A stretch of DNA of 64,000 bases from Diplonema japonicum (Eukaryota; Protista; Euglenozoa: Diplonemea): NCBI GenBank assembly GCA_964019335.1, contig OZ025764.1, positions 21,862-85,861 on the forward strand. Direction: 5' to 3'. Positions 33,257 through 44,670 of this stretch are shown piece by piece; the stretch's first letter is position 1, and each line of letters opens with the position of its first letter. The notes under the pieces were generated by a model. The model did not search any database, was not told the DNA's origin, and saw nothing but the letters and a program-made list of their open reading frames with translations. The position numbers and the translations under genes were made by a program.

Positions 33257-35455
33257 TCACGTGTACAAAGAAGGCGGTGCATGGTTCAAAGGCACACCTT
33301 CGATGTCGTCCCAGCAGTCGGCCGACTCTACCGTGATCGCGTAATGCTGGCTGAGACGGTATAGCATAACATGCTTGACCTGATACACCGTTACGTCCTC
33401 TCCCCCAACCACACATACATCCGACTGCACAAAAAAATCACCATCGAAACCACACCCCGGAAGCAAGGAACCGCACACGCAAAACGCTTGCACACGAACC
33501 GCGACACCAAGTAAGCGACTAATCAGATTAAACACCGGCCCGAGGGTCGTCATGAACCGAAGACGGGCGGTCCCCACAGAACCAAAGTAGGACGTACCCG
33601 ATGCTAGACAAATCGATATTGTAGAAGGCGGTGCGGATAAAAAACACAAGCCAACAAACCTAATTGAACTCTGAACGTGGTCCGCACACTGACGCGAGGT
33701 GTTCCACGCAATAAGAACAGAGGAACCTTGAATAGAAACAATGATACCGTCGGACCGCTCAGCACAAGTCAGCACTCGTTCCAAGCGTTCGTTCATAACA
33801 CATGTTACAACGTTTTCAATGGTCTGGCTGTACCCTAAATCGATCCTTGCAACGGAAGACGACGCGGCTCTTACCAACGGTTTTGCTTGAACGTACCCAT
33901 CTCGCATTGCATCGCTTGCCTTCGATGACCACATGCTATGCGATTTATTCCATCGTTTCATTGTTGTAGCCGCCATGGTGACGACGGCATCTCGACGTCC
34001 GGACAGAGAATCAGGGAGCAGCATGTACACATCGCACGACCCGCATCCTTTTAGAAGGACGGGTCCTAATGGGATTACCTCAACATGAGCCATTAAGTCG
34101 CATTGTTCAATAGCGTTCATCACTTCAGATGATATAGCCACCGCACCGCCTACGCTGACGCTTTCCACACGAGATGCTTTATTCACGGTGGTCCCGTAGT
34201 AGTCATACCGTCCGGTTAAGGAATTGTACTGTATGTCGATGGGTCCCGTGTGGATACCAATTCGCACGCGGAGTCCGTTCCATAAACCGTGTGAGTCCGC
34301 GTGGCATATTGGAACTTGTAGGAGATCTGCGGGCCACTTGCAGCGTGCTAATTTTTCTTGAACGGAAAGGCTGAAGAGAACACCGGAAGCAACGTCTTCG
34401 AAGGCAACCATGAAGGCGTCGCCGATAGTTTTCACCTCGTATCCGTGTTTGTCGAGCATGCATTGTCTTACAGCGGCGTCGTGAATTTTTAGGCCTTTTC
34501 GCATACCGTCAGGACAGGCTTCCCATGTTGCGGAAGATCCTTGGATGTCGGTGAAGACCATTGTTGCTGATTTTGTGTGAAGTCCTGGTGCGGCGGTCGA
34601 CATTGATATATTCGGTTCCGCCAGCATCTCTTCAAACAAAGCTTCTGGGAGGTACGGCTGGTACTGTTTCAGGTTGTTTAAAATCGTTTGCAACGCAGCG
34701 TTCAGCTCTTCCGGGATGGATCCGTTAGATTCGTCGAGTTGTGCGGCTGCGGCCTCAAGGTTGAACGTTGCAAGATTGTTGGCGATGGATTTAGTTGTTG
34801 CAATCGATGCCTGCACCCTAGCTTGTTCCGAGTGAAGGGAATCTGCAAAGCTCTTCGTGAAGTGAAAATCCGTGAGGAATATAAACAACTGCAGGAAGAT
34901 TGAAAAGTTAGCACCCTTCGCGCAAGGCGGCGTCGAGCAAGTTTTCACCTCTCTGTCTTCCACTCCAGGTGTTCCTGGGATATCGAACATCCCCAAGCGA
35001 AACGATCTCTCCACCTGCAGAATCATCAGCCACAAACAGATGAACATAATAAGCATTTTTGTGGACGATCTTCGGGCCCGGAGAACTAGGTGAAGGTCAA
35101 CCAAAACCACAAACATCATCCAAGAACTGCTGGAACCAAGTATGTTGTTGGCGTAGTCCACCAGAAGAATCGCGACAAAATAACCCACTGTGAGAAGAGT
35201 CAGTAGATTCTGAGTCACGCGTTTCGTCACAACTAGATTTCCTACGATACCGCTATTTACTGTTAAAGCCGTGCACACACCCATAAATGCATAAAGCTGC
35301 GTTCTTACGTATTTTGAGAAGCTGAAGAGTGGGGTAACGGCGAACAGGGTACTGGCGAACACCACCACCAAGAGCAGTTTCTTCTCCTTGATGTCGACGA
35401 AGCTATCGGTTTCTGTTGTGGTGCAGGACACGATTTTATTCCATAGTGAGCTCAT
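33257..35455 (-). CDS. Multi-TM class III adenylate cyclase (kinetoplastid-like catalytic domain plus degenerate second cyclase domain)
   Basis: About 6 TM helices. Catalytic motifs VFTDIQGS, YEVKTIGDAFM, LRVRIGIHTG and YDYYGTTVNKASRVES; the Lys and Asp specificity residues fit ATP. Likely start MSSLW at 35455. Confidence 0.9.
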   Translation of the reverse strand: MSSLWNKIVSCTTTETDSFVDIKEKKLLLVVVFASTLFAVTPLFSFSKYVRTQLYAFMGVCTALTVNSGIVGNLVVTKRVTQNLLTLLTVGYFVAILLVDYANNILGSSSSWMMFVVLVDLHLVLRARRSSTKMLIMFICLWLMILQVERSFRLGMFDIPGTPGVEDREVKTCSTPPCAKGANFSIFLQLFIFLTDFHFTKSFADSLHSEQARVQASIATTKSIANNLATFNLEAAAAQLDESNGSIPEELNAALQTILNNLKQYQPYLPEALFEEMLAEPNISMSTAAPGLHTKSATMVFTDIQGSSATWEACPDGMRKGLKIHDAAVRQCMLDKHGYEVKTIGDAFMVAFEDVASGVLFSLSVQEKLARCKWPADLLQVPICHADSHGLWNGLRVRIGIHTGPIDIQYNSLTGRYDYYGTTVNKASRVESVSVGGAVAISSEVMNAIEQCDLMAHVEVIPLGPVLLKGCGSCDVYMLLPDSLSGRRDAVVTMAATTMKRWNKSHSMWSSKASDAMRDGYVQAKPLVRAASSSVARIDLGYSQTIENVVTCVMNERLERVLTCAERSDGIIVSIQGSSVLIAWNTSRQCADHVQSSIRFVGLCFLSAPPSTISICLASGTSYFGSVGTARLRFMTTLGPVFNLISRLLGVAVRVQAFCVCGSLLPGCGFDGDFFVQSDVCVVGGEDVTVYQVKHVMLYRLSQHYAITVESADCWDDIEGVPLNHAPPSLYT

Positions 35456-36418
35456 TGGGGGGGGAAAATCCCTCCCCCGTACACCCTCCCCCTTCCTACA
35501 CACGCCCCCCCCACTTTTTACTGGAGTGGAATGATTTTAAGATGAAATATGTGCAAGAGAAAAATATATTTTAAAAAAAAAAACCTGAGCTAGGAGGGGG
35601 GGGAAAAAAAGGAGTAAAAAATAAAATTCACCAAAAGAAAAAAAAATTACAAAGTCATGGGGTGTGTGTGGGGTAAAAAGGGGGAGGGGGGGGGGGGGGG
35701 GGGTCTTTCTTTTTTTATTATTTTTCTCCTTCTTTTTCCCGCGGAAAAAGAAAAAAGAAGCAATAAAAAAGAAATTAAAAAAAAACCAATTTTTTATTTA
35801 TCAAAAAATAAAAAAGGGGGGAAAAAAAAGGTTCTCCTGTTTTTTACCATTAAAAAGGACGGGAGCTGGCAAAAAAAAAAAAAGAAATATCGCTCCTTGC
35901 ATCCTGAAATTGCGCCGGTTGCTGCTTGGTGGTTCCTTTAAAGGTTGAAAAAGGAGAGGGGGAAGTAGCAGGGGAAAGAAATGAAGCAAAATAAATATGT
36001 AAATGACAAAGAAGAAATGCAGGGAATGCTGCTTTGCCAACACAAAAAAAAAATGAAAAGGGGGTAAAAATGAGAGAGGGAGTAGTAAGACCTAGCCCCG
36101 TGAAAGGCCAAGCATAATGAGGGTTGAGGGGAAAAGGGAATACCACCTTGTCTTTTTCTTGACCAAATGATCCCAGTGGCTTGTTTCTTTTTTTTTCTCT
36201 TTTTTTTTTTCTGTTTTTTCTTTTTTTTTTTTTTTACTAGAAATCCAAATAATCATTATTCGTTTATTCTATCTGTGCACTGTGTGCGGATTCTCTAAAT
36301 TTATCTTCATGTACTGACAAAGCTATCAAAAGCCTCGCGCTTTTTTTTTTCTTTTTCTTTTTTTAAATTTTCCTTTTCTTCTTTTTCCTTCGTTTTAAAG
36401 TTTGTTTAATCTTATAAA

Positions 36419-38200
36419 TCAGAGCACCATCCTCTCATCAACCTTGTCTACAGGGCTCTGGTAAAGTGGCTCCTCAGAGTGAAGGTCGTTGTAGAAGTTC
36501 TGCATGTTCACTTTGGGCTTCTTTCTTGCCGCCACAAGGACCCAAGCACCACACGCACCCATGATGACCACGACACCAAGGGCCACAGCTACCCAAACCC
36601 ACGCATCGACACCCTTGTCCTCTTCGTTGCCAGCCGCGCTCAGCATCCTGCACTCCTGCACCATGCCCCCGACCACAGCACGCCTGTCGCTGTCGCACAC
36701 ACACCTGAAGTCCCCCAACACAGACAGCCCTGTCTCGTCCTCACACAGCTGATCCCCGCACACCCCTTTCCCGCACTCTGTTGGCACCACACTCCCGTTC
36801 ACGAATGTGGGTGCTGGTGTGGGCGCTGCTTGGGCACCAGACCCTGAGGGGGTGCTCCCGGAGCTCCCTCCATTCCCAGAGGGGGTGCTGCCTGGTGGTG
36901 TGTTTCCAGAGCTGCTGCCTGATGGTGAGCTTCCAGATGGGGTGTTGCCCGAGGGAGTAGTTGCAGAGGGAGTACTGCCTGATGGTGTGTTCCCAGATGG
37001 GGTGCTTCCAGAAGGAGTACTGCCTGATGGTGTGCTTCCAGACGGGGTGCTGCCCGAGGGAGTAGTTCCAGAGGGAGTACTGCCTGATGGTGTGTTCCCA
37101 GATGGGGTGCTGCCAGAAGGAGTACTGCCTGATGGTGTGCTTCCAGATGGAGTACTGCCTGAGGGGGTGTTGCCAGAAGGGGTACTCCCAGATGGGGTGC
37201 TGCCAGAAGGAGTGTTTCCAGATGGGGTGTTGCCAGAGGGGGTGCTGCCAGAAGGTGTGCTTCCAGAGGGAGTACTGCCGGACGGAGTACTTCCAGAGGG
37301 CGTGTTCCCTGAAGGTGTTGAGCCCGTGCTGTTGCCAGGAGTGGAGGGAGTCGAAGGCGGTGGGGTGGCAGGGATGGAAATTACTGCAGGAGTAGGAGTT
37401 GGAGCAGGGGTTGGTACAGGCGTGGGTGCTGGCGTAGGAACAGGGGTGGGTTCAGGAGTTGGAGCAGGAGTCGGAGCCGGTGTGGGCATGGGGGTGGGTG
37501 CCGCGGGACAGCCCGTCGCCTTGGAGCCGAGGCTGCCAACGTTTGCTGCATACTGCCCCCCGTAGTTCCCGCCGATGCGGTAGTTGCACATGAAGTAGAT
37601 GTTCGTCCAACCGCTCCCCGGCTTCGAGTGGCACAGGGCACACCCAATCTCCAGCGAGTTCTTCCACACCACCTGCGTGAAGTGCCCTGTCGTCCCCCCA
37701 GTCGATTTGGAGGCTGAGTAGTCCCAGCACCCCTCCTCCCCACAGTACCACGACCCCGTCCCGCGCACAGGGTCGTAGTCCTGGAGCTCCGAGTAGCCGC
37801 TCCCACCCCACAGGTTCTCCCCGAGGTAGTCACCGTTCAGCTTGCGTTTGGAGTTGTGTTCCAACTTCCTGTTCGTGCATGTGTTCACAAACCCAGGGCT
37901 GTCCTTCGTCCACGCCTCCACCTCCCTGCTGTAGGTGATAGGGCACGCCCCGTGCTTGGCCCGAACCTTGTTGTGAGCTTCGACCACTCTGTCCACCTGC
38001 CACTGCGCGAGCCCCGAGAAGCACGGAGTCGGGTTCGCTCCTTTGCACCGGTGGTCCTTCGTCACAGAGAGCGCAGCGTCCCAGTTCACACACCAGTCGC
38101 GCTTCGACGAGCACGCTCCGAGCGTCGCCCCCGTCCGCGAGACCTCCTCGTGCACCGCCCCGACAGCGACGGTGCTCACAAGCAGCAAGGCATACATCAT
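36419..38200 (-). CDS. CAP/SCP (PR-1-like) surface protein with PT and GSTPS mucin-like stalk, EGF-like domain and TM (copy 1)
   Basis: Signal peptide, [29 protein letters not shown], 15-bp GSTPS repeats, C-terminal TM. Confidence 0.9.
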   Translation of the reverse strand: MMYALLLVSTVAVGAVHEEVSRTGATLGACSSKRDWCVNWDAALSVTKDHRCKGANPTPCFSGLAQWQVDRVVEAHNKVRAKHGACPITYSREVEAWTKDSPGFVNTCTNRKLEHNSKRKLNGDYLGENLWGGSGYSELQDYDPVRGTGSWYCGEEGCWDYSASKSTGGTTGHFTQVVWKNSLEIGCALCHSKPGSGWTNIYFMCNYRIGGNYGGQYAANVGSLGSKATGCPAAPTPMPTPAPTPAPTPEPTPVPTPAPTPVPTPAPTPTPAVISIPATPPPSTPSTPGNSTGSTPSGNTPSGSTPSGSTPSGSTPSGSTPSGNTPSGNTPSGSTPSGSTPSGNTPSGSTPSGSTPSGSTPSGSTPSGNTPSGSTPSGTTPSGSTPSGSTPSGSTPSGSTPSGNTPSGSTPSATTPSGNTPSGSSPSGSSSGNTPPGSTPSGNGGSSGSTPSGSGAQAAPTPAPTFVNGSVVPTECGKGVCGDQLCEDETGLSVLGDFRCVCDSDRRAVVGGMVQECRMLSAAGNEEDKGVDAWVWVAVALGVVVIMGACGAWVLVAARKKPKVNMQNFYNDLHSEEPLYQSPVDKVDERMVL

Positions 38201-38866
38201 TGTTGTGGAAATCTTTAGAGAAAATAGAATTATTAGGAGTAATAAAAAGGGGGAATGTTCAAAATATCTGAGCTAGAAAAATTGTGGTTGTAAAAAAAAA
38301 GAAAAAAGGAGCAATTAAATTCACCTTAAAAAACCCTCAAGCATCGTAGTAGTCAAGGACGAGCACTGTTTGAAAATGCTGCCACGTCTTCAGATTCGAT
38401 GCTAAAGTTGACCTTCCTCGCAGGTGACTTGGGGTTTGGCGCCCCTTCAAGAAGCAATGCTGCTTTCTTTTTCTTCTTCATGAAACAAAAATATGAGTCC
38501 TCGTGAGACGCCCTTGTTCTCATCTAAAAATACAAAAATATAAGAAAACAGTTTGCAAAGGAGAATAGAACAAATATGTCAATGACAAAACGGTGAGAGG
38601 GAGTAGAAAAACCTAGCCCCGCGAAAGGCCAAGCACAATGAGGGTTGAGGGGCGAAAGGGAGTGGTTTCTTCTTTTTTTTTCTTTTTTTTCATTTCTTCT
38701 TTTTTTTACTAGAAATCCATATTCGTTTATTCTATCTGTGCACTGTGTGCGGATTCTCTAAATTTATCTTCATGTACTGACAAAGCTATCAAAAGCCTCG
38801 CGCTTTTTTCTTTTTCCTTAAGGTTTATAATCTTAAAAAAAGCTTCATATTCTTTTATCACAATGA

Positions 38867-40816
38867 TCATATCACCATCCTCTCACTCACCTGTTCTACA
38901 GGGCTCTGGTAAAGTGGCTCCTCAGAGTGAAGGTCGTTGTAGAAGTTCTGCATGTTCACTTTGGGCTTCTTTCTTGCCGCCACAAGGACCCAAGCACCAC
39001 ACGCACCCATGATGACCACGACACCAAGGGCCACAGCTACCCAAACCCACGCATCGACACCCTTGTCCTCTTCGTTGCCAGCCGCGCTCAGCATCCTGCA
39101 CTCCTGCACCATGCCCCCGACCACAGCACGCCTGTCGCTGTCGCACACACACCTGAAGTCCCCCAACACAGACAGCCCTGTCTCGTCCTCACACAGCTGA
39201 TCCCCGCACACCCCTTTCCCGCACTCTGTTGGCACCACACTCCCGTTCACGAATGTGGGTGCTGGTGTGGGCGCTGCTTGGGCACCAGACCCTGAGGGGG
39301 TGCTCCCGGAGCTCCCTCCATTCCCAGAGGGGGTGCTGCCTGGTGGTGTGTTTCCAGAAGGAGTACTGCCTGGTGTGCTTCCAGATGGGGTGTTGCCCGA
39401 GGGAGTAGTTCCAGACGGTGTGTTGCCAGAAGGGGTACTCCCAGATGGGGTGCTGCCAGGAGTACTGCCTGTTGGTGTGCTTCCATATGGGGTGTTGCCC
39501 GAGGGAGTAGTTCCAGAGGGAGTACTGCCTGATGGTGTGTTCCCAGATGGGGTGTTGCCAGAAGGAGTACTGCCTGATGGTGTGCTTCCAGACGGGGTGC
39601 TGCCCGAGGGAGTAGTTGCAGAGGGAGTACTGCCTGATGGTGTATTTCCAGATGGGGTGCTTCCAGAAGGAGTACTGCCTGATGGTGTGCTTCCAGATGG
39701 GGTGTTGCCCGAGGGAGTAGTTCCAGAGGGAGTACTGCCTGATGGTGTGTTCCCAGATGGGGTGTTGCCAGAAGGAGTACTTCCAGAGGGCGTGTTCCCT
39801 GAAGGTGTTGAGCCCGTGCTGTTGCCAGGAGTGGAGGGAGTCGAAGCAGGGACAGGGGTGGGAACAGGAGTGGGAGCAGGGGTAGGTGCTGGAGTAGGGG
39901 CAGGGGTGGGTTCAGGAGTTGGAGCAGGAGTCGGAGCAGGGGTGGGCTCAGGGGTAGGAGCAGGGGTTGGTACTGGTGTGGGTGCTGGCGTAGGTACAGG
40001 GGTGGGTTCAGGAGTAGGAGCAGGAGTGGGCTCAGGCGTGGGTGCTGGCGTAGGAACAGGGGTGGGTTCAGGAGTTGGAGCAGGAGTCGGAGCCGGTGTG
40101 GGCATGGGGGTGGGTGCCGCGGGACAGCCCGTCGCCTTGGAGCCGAGGCTGCCAACGTTTGCTGCATACTGCCCCCCGTAGTTCCCGCCGATGCGGTAGT
40201 TGCACATGAAGTAGATGTTCGTCCAACCGCTCCCCGGCTTCGAGTGGCACAGGGCACACCCAATCTCCAGCGAGTTCTTCCACACCACCTGCGTGAAGTG
40301 CCCTGTCGTCCCCCCAGTCGATTTGGAGGCTGAGTAGTCCCAGCACCCCTCCTCCCCACAGTACCACGACCCCGTCCCGCGCACAGGGTCGTAGTCCTGG
40401 AGCTCCGAGTAGCCGCTCCCACCCCACAGGTTCTCCCCGAGGTAGTCACCGTTCAGCTTGCGTTTGGAGTTGTGTTCCAACTTCCTGTTCGTGCATGTGT
40501 TCACAAACCCAGGGCTGTCCTTCGTCCACGCCTCCACCTCCCTGCTGTAGGTGATAGGGCACGCCCCGTGCTTGGCCCGAACCTTGTTGTGAGCTTCGAC
40601 CACTCTGTCCACCTGCCACTGCGCGAGCCCCGAGAAGCACGGAGTCGGGTTCGCTCCTTTGCACCGGTGGTCCTTCGTCACAGAGAGCGCAGCGTCCCAG
40701 TTCACACACCAGTCGCGCTTCGACGAGCACGCCCCGAGCGTCGCCCCCGTCCGCGAGACCTCCTCGTGCACCGCCCCGACAGCGACGGTGCTCACAAGCA
40801 GCAAGGCATACATCAT
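38867..40816 (-). CDS. CAP/SCP surface protein (copy 2, longer stalk)
   Basis: Tandem paralog of 36419-38200 with identical CAP and TM regions and a different repeat number; start MMYALLL at 40816. Confidence 0.9.
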   Translation of the reverse strand: MMYALLLVSTVAVGAVHEEVSRTGATLGACSSKRDWCVNWDAALSVTKDHRCKGANPTPCFSGLAQWQVDRVVEAHNKVRAKHGACPITYSREVEAWTKDSPGFVNTCTNRKLEHNSKRKLNGDYLGENLWGGSGYSELQDYDPVRGTGSWYCGEEGCWDYSASKSTGGTTGHFTQVVWKNSLEIGCALCHSKPGSGWTNIYFMCNYRIGGNYGGQYAANVGSLGSKATGCPAAPTPMPTPAPTPAPTPEPTPVPTPAPTPEPTPAPTPEPTPVPTPAPTPVPTPAPTPEPTPAPTPAPTPEPTPAPTPAPTPAPTPVPTPVPASTPSTPGNSTGSTPSGNTPSGSTPSGNTPSGNTPSGSTPSGTTPSGNTPSGSTPSGSTPSGSTPSGNTPSGSTPSATTPSGSTPSGSTPSGSTPSGNTPSGNTPSGSTPSGTTPSGNTPYGSTPTGSTPGSTPSGSTPSGNTPSGTTPSGNTPSGSTPGSTPSGNTPPGSTPSGNGGSSGSTPSGSGAQAAPTPAPTFVNGSVVPTECGKGVCGDQLCEDETGLSVLGDFRCVCDSDRRAVVGGMVQECRMLSAAGNEEDKGVDAWVWVAVALGVVVIMGACGAWVLVAARKKPKVNMQNFYNDLHSEEPLYQSPVEQVSERMVI

Positions 40817-41230
40817 TGTTGTGGAAATCTTTTGGAGGTGTTGAGGTGGAATGTTTTTATTGTTTTGAATATGTGCCGCCAAAGGAAATACAGCGGGGGA
40901 AGGGGGGGGGGGGGGAGGTTATCCAAGAAAGAGATGAGACAAAGGAGCGTGTCTCTACTTAAATAAAACTCAGTGAAAAACAAACTTGCTGTGGTCAAAG
41001 TGTACGAAAGGCAGGGGCATTGACTTGAACAAGGTAATTAAGATCAACTCGTTCATTCTTCATCACACATGTGGTCAGCAGTACCACATATTCTCACTAT
41101 TTATGTCAGCAGCATCTGCTTTCTTTCTTTTGAGCAACTTCAAAAAGGTAACAAACTGAGCATAAAGAAGATAAAAGAAATCGGAAATCGAACGAAGACG
41201 TTATATTTCGAGCACTCTCGCAGCATCTTG

Positions 41231-43963
41231 TCACAACATCGAAGTGAAATTGTAAGTTCCACTCCCGATGTCATGAGTGATGCCACCAGGAAGTACCACA
41301 ACAGCAGCCATGTTGGGAGGGATGGTGACTGTCAAGGTGAAGATGGAGGTAGAGGAAGAGAGCTGCCAGGAGACTCCCACAGGGCCACGGACCGTTGGGA
41401 TACGGGCAGAGAGGGACTCGACTGCACGGGGCGGACGGGGGCGGATGAGGACCCTCGACATGCCACGGGCGGAGGGGTGCGGTGCGAAGCCCACCAAGCT
41501 CTGCTGCATCCAAGTCTCGAACGACCCGAACATCGGGTGGTTGTGAGAGTACACGTTGTCGGAGAAGAACCACGACTCCCATATGGTCGTCGCGTTGCTG
41601 TACTCGTTCTCCCGCATCCACAACACAGACGGGTAGCTCCCTGTCGTCGCCACCTCGTACGCCAGGTCCTCGTATCCTGTCTCGCTCAACACCTGCAGAA
41701 CCCACTTGATCCCGAACATCCCAGACAGAAGGTGTGGCCCCGGACCTCCCTTCACAGGGCCCTGCCCTGTGCCAGGTACATAGGACGCCTTCTTGATGTT
41801 TTCCACGAGGTTGTTCAGAACAGCCTCGCGCCGGCCTTCAGGTGTGACCTGCATGAACAATCCCATCGCCTGTCCTGTTTGCGTGCAGTTGAAGGTCGCT
41901 GCCCTGAGCTTCTCTGTGTGGTACGGCGACGTCTGCGGGCCGTTCCCGTAACACCCGGAAGGGTCGAGGAACTTGTCGTTGATCGCTTGCACGAGCTGCG
42001 CTGCCTTGTTCTCGTACTTCGTCTGCACGCTGTGGTGCCCCAAGATCCCTGATATGTTGGCGTAGGCCCTGTACGACATCAGTTGGAAGCCGCGCCCTGT
42101 GAAGTCGGTCCCAGTGGGCTCGACAGGCATCCAGTCCCCGAGCCCGTTCTCGATCCCAGAGGGGCTCGCGTCCAAGAGCTCAATGTACCTTGTGGTCGCT
42201 GCGTACGACTCGTTGAGGACACGCACCTCCCCGTAGTATTTATACAGCCACAGCAGCAGAACGGGTTGGTACGTCGCCCAACCGATAGGCCCTGCAGTTC
42301 CGTTCAGGGAGGCATCGTGGATCCCGACGTAAGGTGCCGTCTCTGTGAACCCCCCATTCTGCCTCTGAGCCTCATTGAAGTCTACCGCTCGCTTCCTGTA
42401 GAACACCGACAGATCATACAAGGACATGGCGGCCTCGCCCGAAGCCAAAGGGTCACCTCCGTACCCAAAGCGCTCCCTGTGAGGACAGTCCGACTGGATC
42501 CCGCCCATCATGTTCGAGTCAAAAGTGTTCTTCACCGTCTGTCTGAGCAGGTTCAGCTTCGGGTCGGAGGTGTTCAATTCCATCCCCTCCCCCAGGTCCG
42601 TGCGGAGCTTGTAGCATGTGACCTTCACAAGTTCCACGCCCTCCGAGAGGTTCGCTTTGATGTACCGCATCCCGTGCCATGTGTACCCCGACTTGAATGT
42701 CACAGTCTTGCCGTTCAAGATGACGGTGTCCTGTTGGTACGCAACATCAGGCTGGCAGGGCATCGCAGGGTTGTATGACTTGATCTGCCCAGCGACAGAC
42801 GTCATTGGGTTCAGGGTACCATTTAAGTGGAGGAGCTCTCCGTAGGTGAACTGCGCGGTCGATCCAGGGAAGCCCCCTTGGAGTGTGTACTCGCATGTCC
42901 CTGCATGGTTCACTGTGGTGTCGTAGATGTGGGCGGATATCTGTTTCGGGTGCAGCGTCTCGACGTCGATGACCCCAGGAATAGGTGCGACCCGGAGCTC
43001 CCCAACACCCTGCGAGACCACATGCGGTGTGCTGTGCAAGCCGCTTGTCAGGTCTGCAGCCCTTGCATCGTACACCTCACCAAGGTAGATGTTGTTCGCT
43101 TTGACAGGTGATGTCTGAAGGGAACCCGCCACCCATACCCCAGGCGTTGAAGGGATGGCAGGTTCATCGTCTACATACGTAACAGTCTTGAACATCGGGA
43201 CGCCCTGCGGCATAGCATCGCGCAGGTTCAGATGACCCCAGAACAGCAAAGGCAACATGTTCCACCACCCGTTCCCAAGCTCAACCTTCACAAGGTTGTC
43301 ACCCACAGTGACATGCTGCGAGATATCGAAGGCTCTGTAAAAGACAGTTCTGGTGTAGTTGGTGAGAGGCGGGTCCATGTAAGGGGTGATCAAAACAGAG
43401 TTCACCCAGATCTTCAGGTACCCCAAGCCTGTTGCGTACATGGTCACGGATGAGGGTACGCTGGACAAAAAAATCAGGTTGGCCAGGAAATACGGTGCAG
43501 GGGCTTGGTTGAACAGAGCACACTCGTTCTTCACGGGCTGCGGGAGGTCCCTTGCAAGCCACTCAGCATGGTCCCAGTCGGAGGGGGTGAGGAGGGCGTA
43601 TTCAAACCAAGAGCTTGCAGTGGTCGCGTTGCACTTCTTCCCAGTTCTGTCGTACAGAGTGACCTGCCACACGACCCTTTGCCTGCTCACAGGAAGGCCC
43701 CCGTACCTCACACCCATGCTGTCCGCAGACTGCACCAACCCAGAGTCCCATGTCACCTCCCCGTCACTCCTGGCGACTATCCTGTAGCCCCTCATCACCT
43801 GCCCGTTCGCTACCACAGTATCATTCACCATCGCCACCTCCCACGAGAGGTCCACCTCCTTGTCCACGTATGGGGTCATCAGGCTGTTTGCTTTCAGGTT
43901 CGCTGGCTTTATCACACACCCGGTGGTGCTGAGCAGGTGCAGCACAAGGAGTGATGCAAGCAT
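41231..43963 (-). CDS. Secreted GH78 alpha-L-rhamnosidase (copy 1)
   Basis: Signal peptide; LGNGWW, GEVYDAR, DCPHRERFGYGGD, GLGDW, TTIWESW and SHNHPMFGS. Start 43963. Confidence 0.92.
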   Translation of the reverse strand: MLASLLVLHLLSTTGCVIKPANLKANSLMTPYVDKEVDLSWEVAMVNDTVVANGQVMRGYRIVARSDGEVTWDSGLVQSADSMGVRYGGLPVSRQRVVWQVTLYDRTGKKCNATTASSWFEYALLTPSDWDHAEWLARDLPQPVKNECALFNQAPAPYFLANLIFLSSVPSSVTMYATGLGYLKIWVNSVLITPYMDPPLTNYTRTVFYRAFDISQHVTVGDNLVKVELGNGWWNMLPLLFWGHLNLRDAMPQGVPMFKTVTYVDDEPAIPSTPGVWVAGSLQTSPVKANNIYLGEVYDARAADLTSGLHSTPHVVSQGVGELRVAPIPGVIDVETLHPKQISAHIYDTTVNHAGTCEYTLQGGFPGSTAQFTYGELLHLNGTLNPMTSVAGQIKSYNPAMPCQPDVAYQQDTVILNGKTVTFKSGYTWHGMRYIKANLSEGVELVKVTCYKLRTDLGEGMELNTSDPKLNLLRQTVKNTFDSNMMGGIQSDCPHRERFGYGGDPLASGEAAMSLYDLSVFYRKRAVDFNEAQRQNGGFTETAPYVGIHDASLNGTAGPIGWATYQPVLLLWLYKYYGEVRVLNESYAATTRYIELLDASPSGIENGLGDWMPVEPTGTDFTGRGFQLMSYRAYANISGILGHHSVQTKYENKAAQLVQAINDKFLDPSGCYGNGPQTSPYHTEKLRAATFNCTQTGQAMGLFMQVTPEGRREAVLNNLVENIKKASYVPGTGQGPVKGGPGPHLLSGMFGIKWVLQVLSETGYEDLAYEVATTGSYPSVLWMRENEYSNATTIWESWFFSDNVYSHNHPMFGSFETWMQQSLVGFAPHPSARGMSRVLIRPRPPRAVESLSARIPTVRGPVGVSWQLSSSTSIFTLTVTIPPNMAAVVVLPGGITHDIGSGTYNFTSML

Positions 43964-44670
43964 TTTATCTTCTCCCCTTCCCCTTTTTTTCGTTCCTTCC
44001 GCCGCTGGGCTGCATGCCAGAACCAAAGAATAAGAAGCCCGAAAAGAGATCAACAAAAAAAAGGGAGAGAAGGAAGATGTAGAAAAGTTCTTTTTTTTTT
44101 TTTAGTGCCCCTTTTTTCATTTCGTTTACAACGCAGAAGTATGCGAAGAATGACTCGGGGCAGCGATCGATGTCTACACCATTTCACAAAAGAGTAGGCG
44201 GTTTGTTGTCCTGCAAAGGGTTTTAAGCCGAAAAAAGCTGCCTGGGCTCTTTTTAATTATTGTTTTCATGTTTCAGGTGACGGGAAGATAATCGGCCTTT
44301 GAAAGCTGATTTCTTTCGTTCTCTTTTTTTTCCCCTTTTTTTCTTTTCTATTTTTGTTTCCCTCCCCCAGTTCTCCCTTCGGAAATAAAGCTCGGAGTTC
44401 AGGTTAATGAAAGAGCACCGAAAAGCGGGAACGGCACAAGGCGGGACAACAACACAAAAAAGAAAAAGAAAAAAGAAACGAAAAGAAGCTAGGGTAAAAG
44501 AAAACTTCGATCCTTTAACGTCAAGGCGACACAGGTCAAACGGCGCTCAGTGCAAGTGTACCACAAAGTACATAGGGTAGGTGTTTGTAGCGTTGGCCTA
44601 AAAGAATTTATTAAAAAAACGAAGGAGAGTGAGAAAGCAGAATTCTTTGCTTCTTAAAATTTGTAGAAAC

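Noticed and set aside
36807-40181. 15-bp and 12-bp periodic repeats and (GVLPE)n plus-strand ORFs; considered as CRISPR or elastin-like genes
   Set aside because: There are no unique spacers; they are the antisense of GSTPS/PT coding repeats in the CAP genes.
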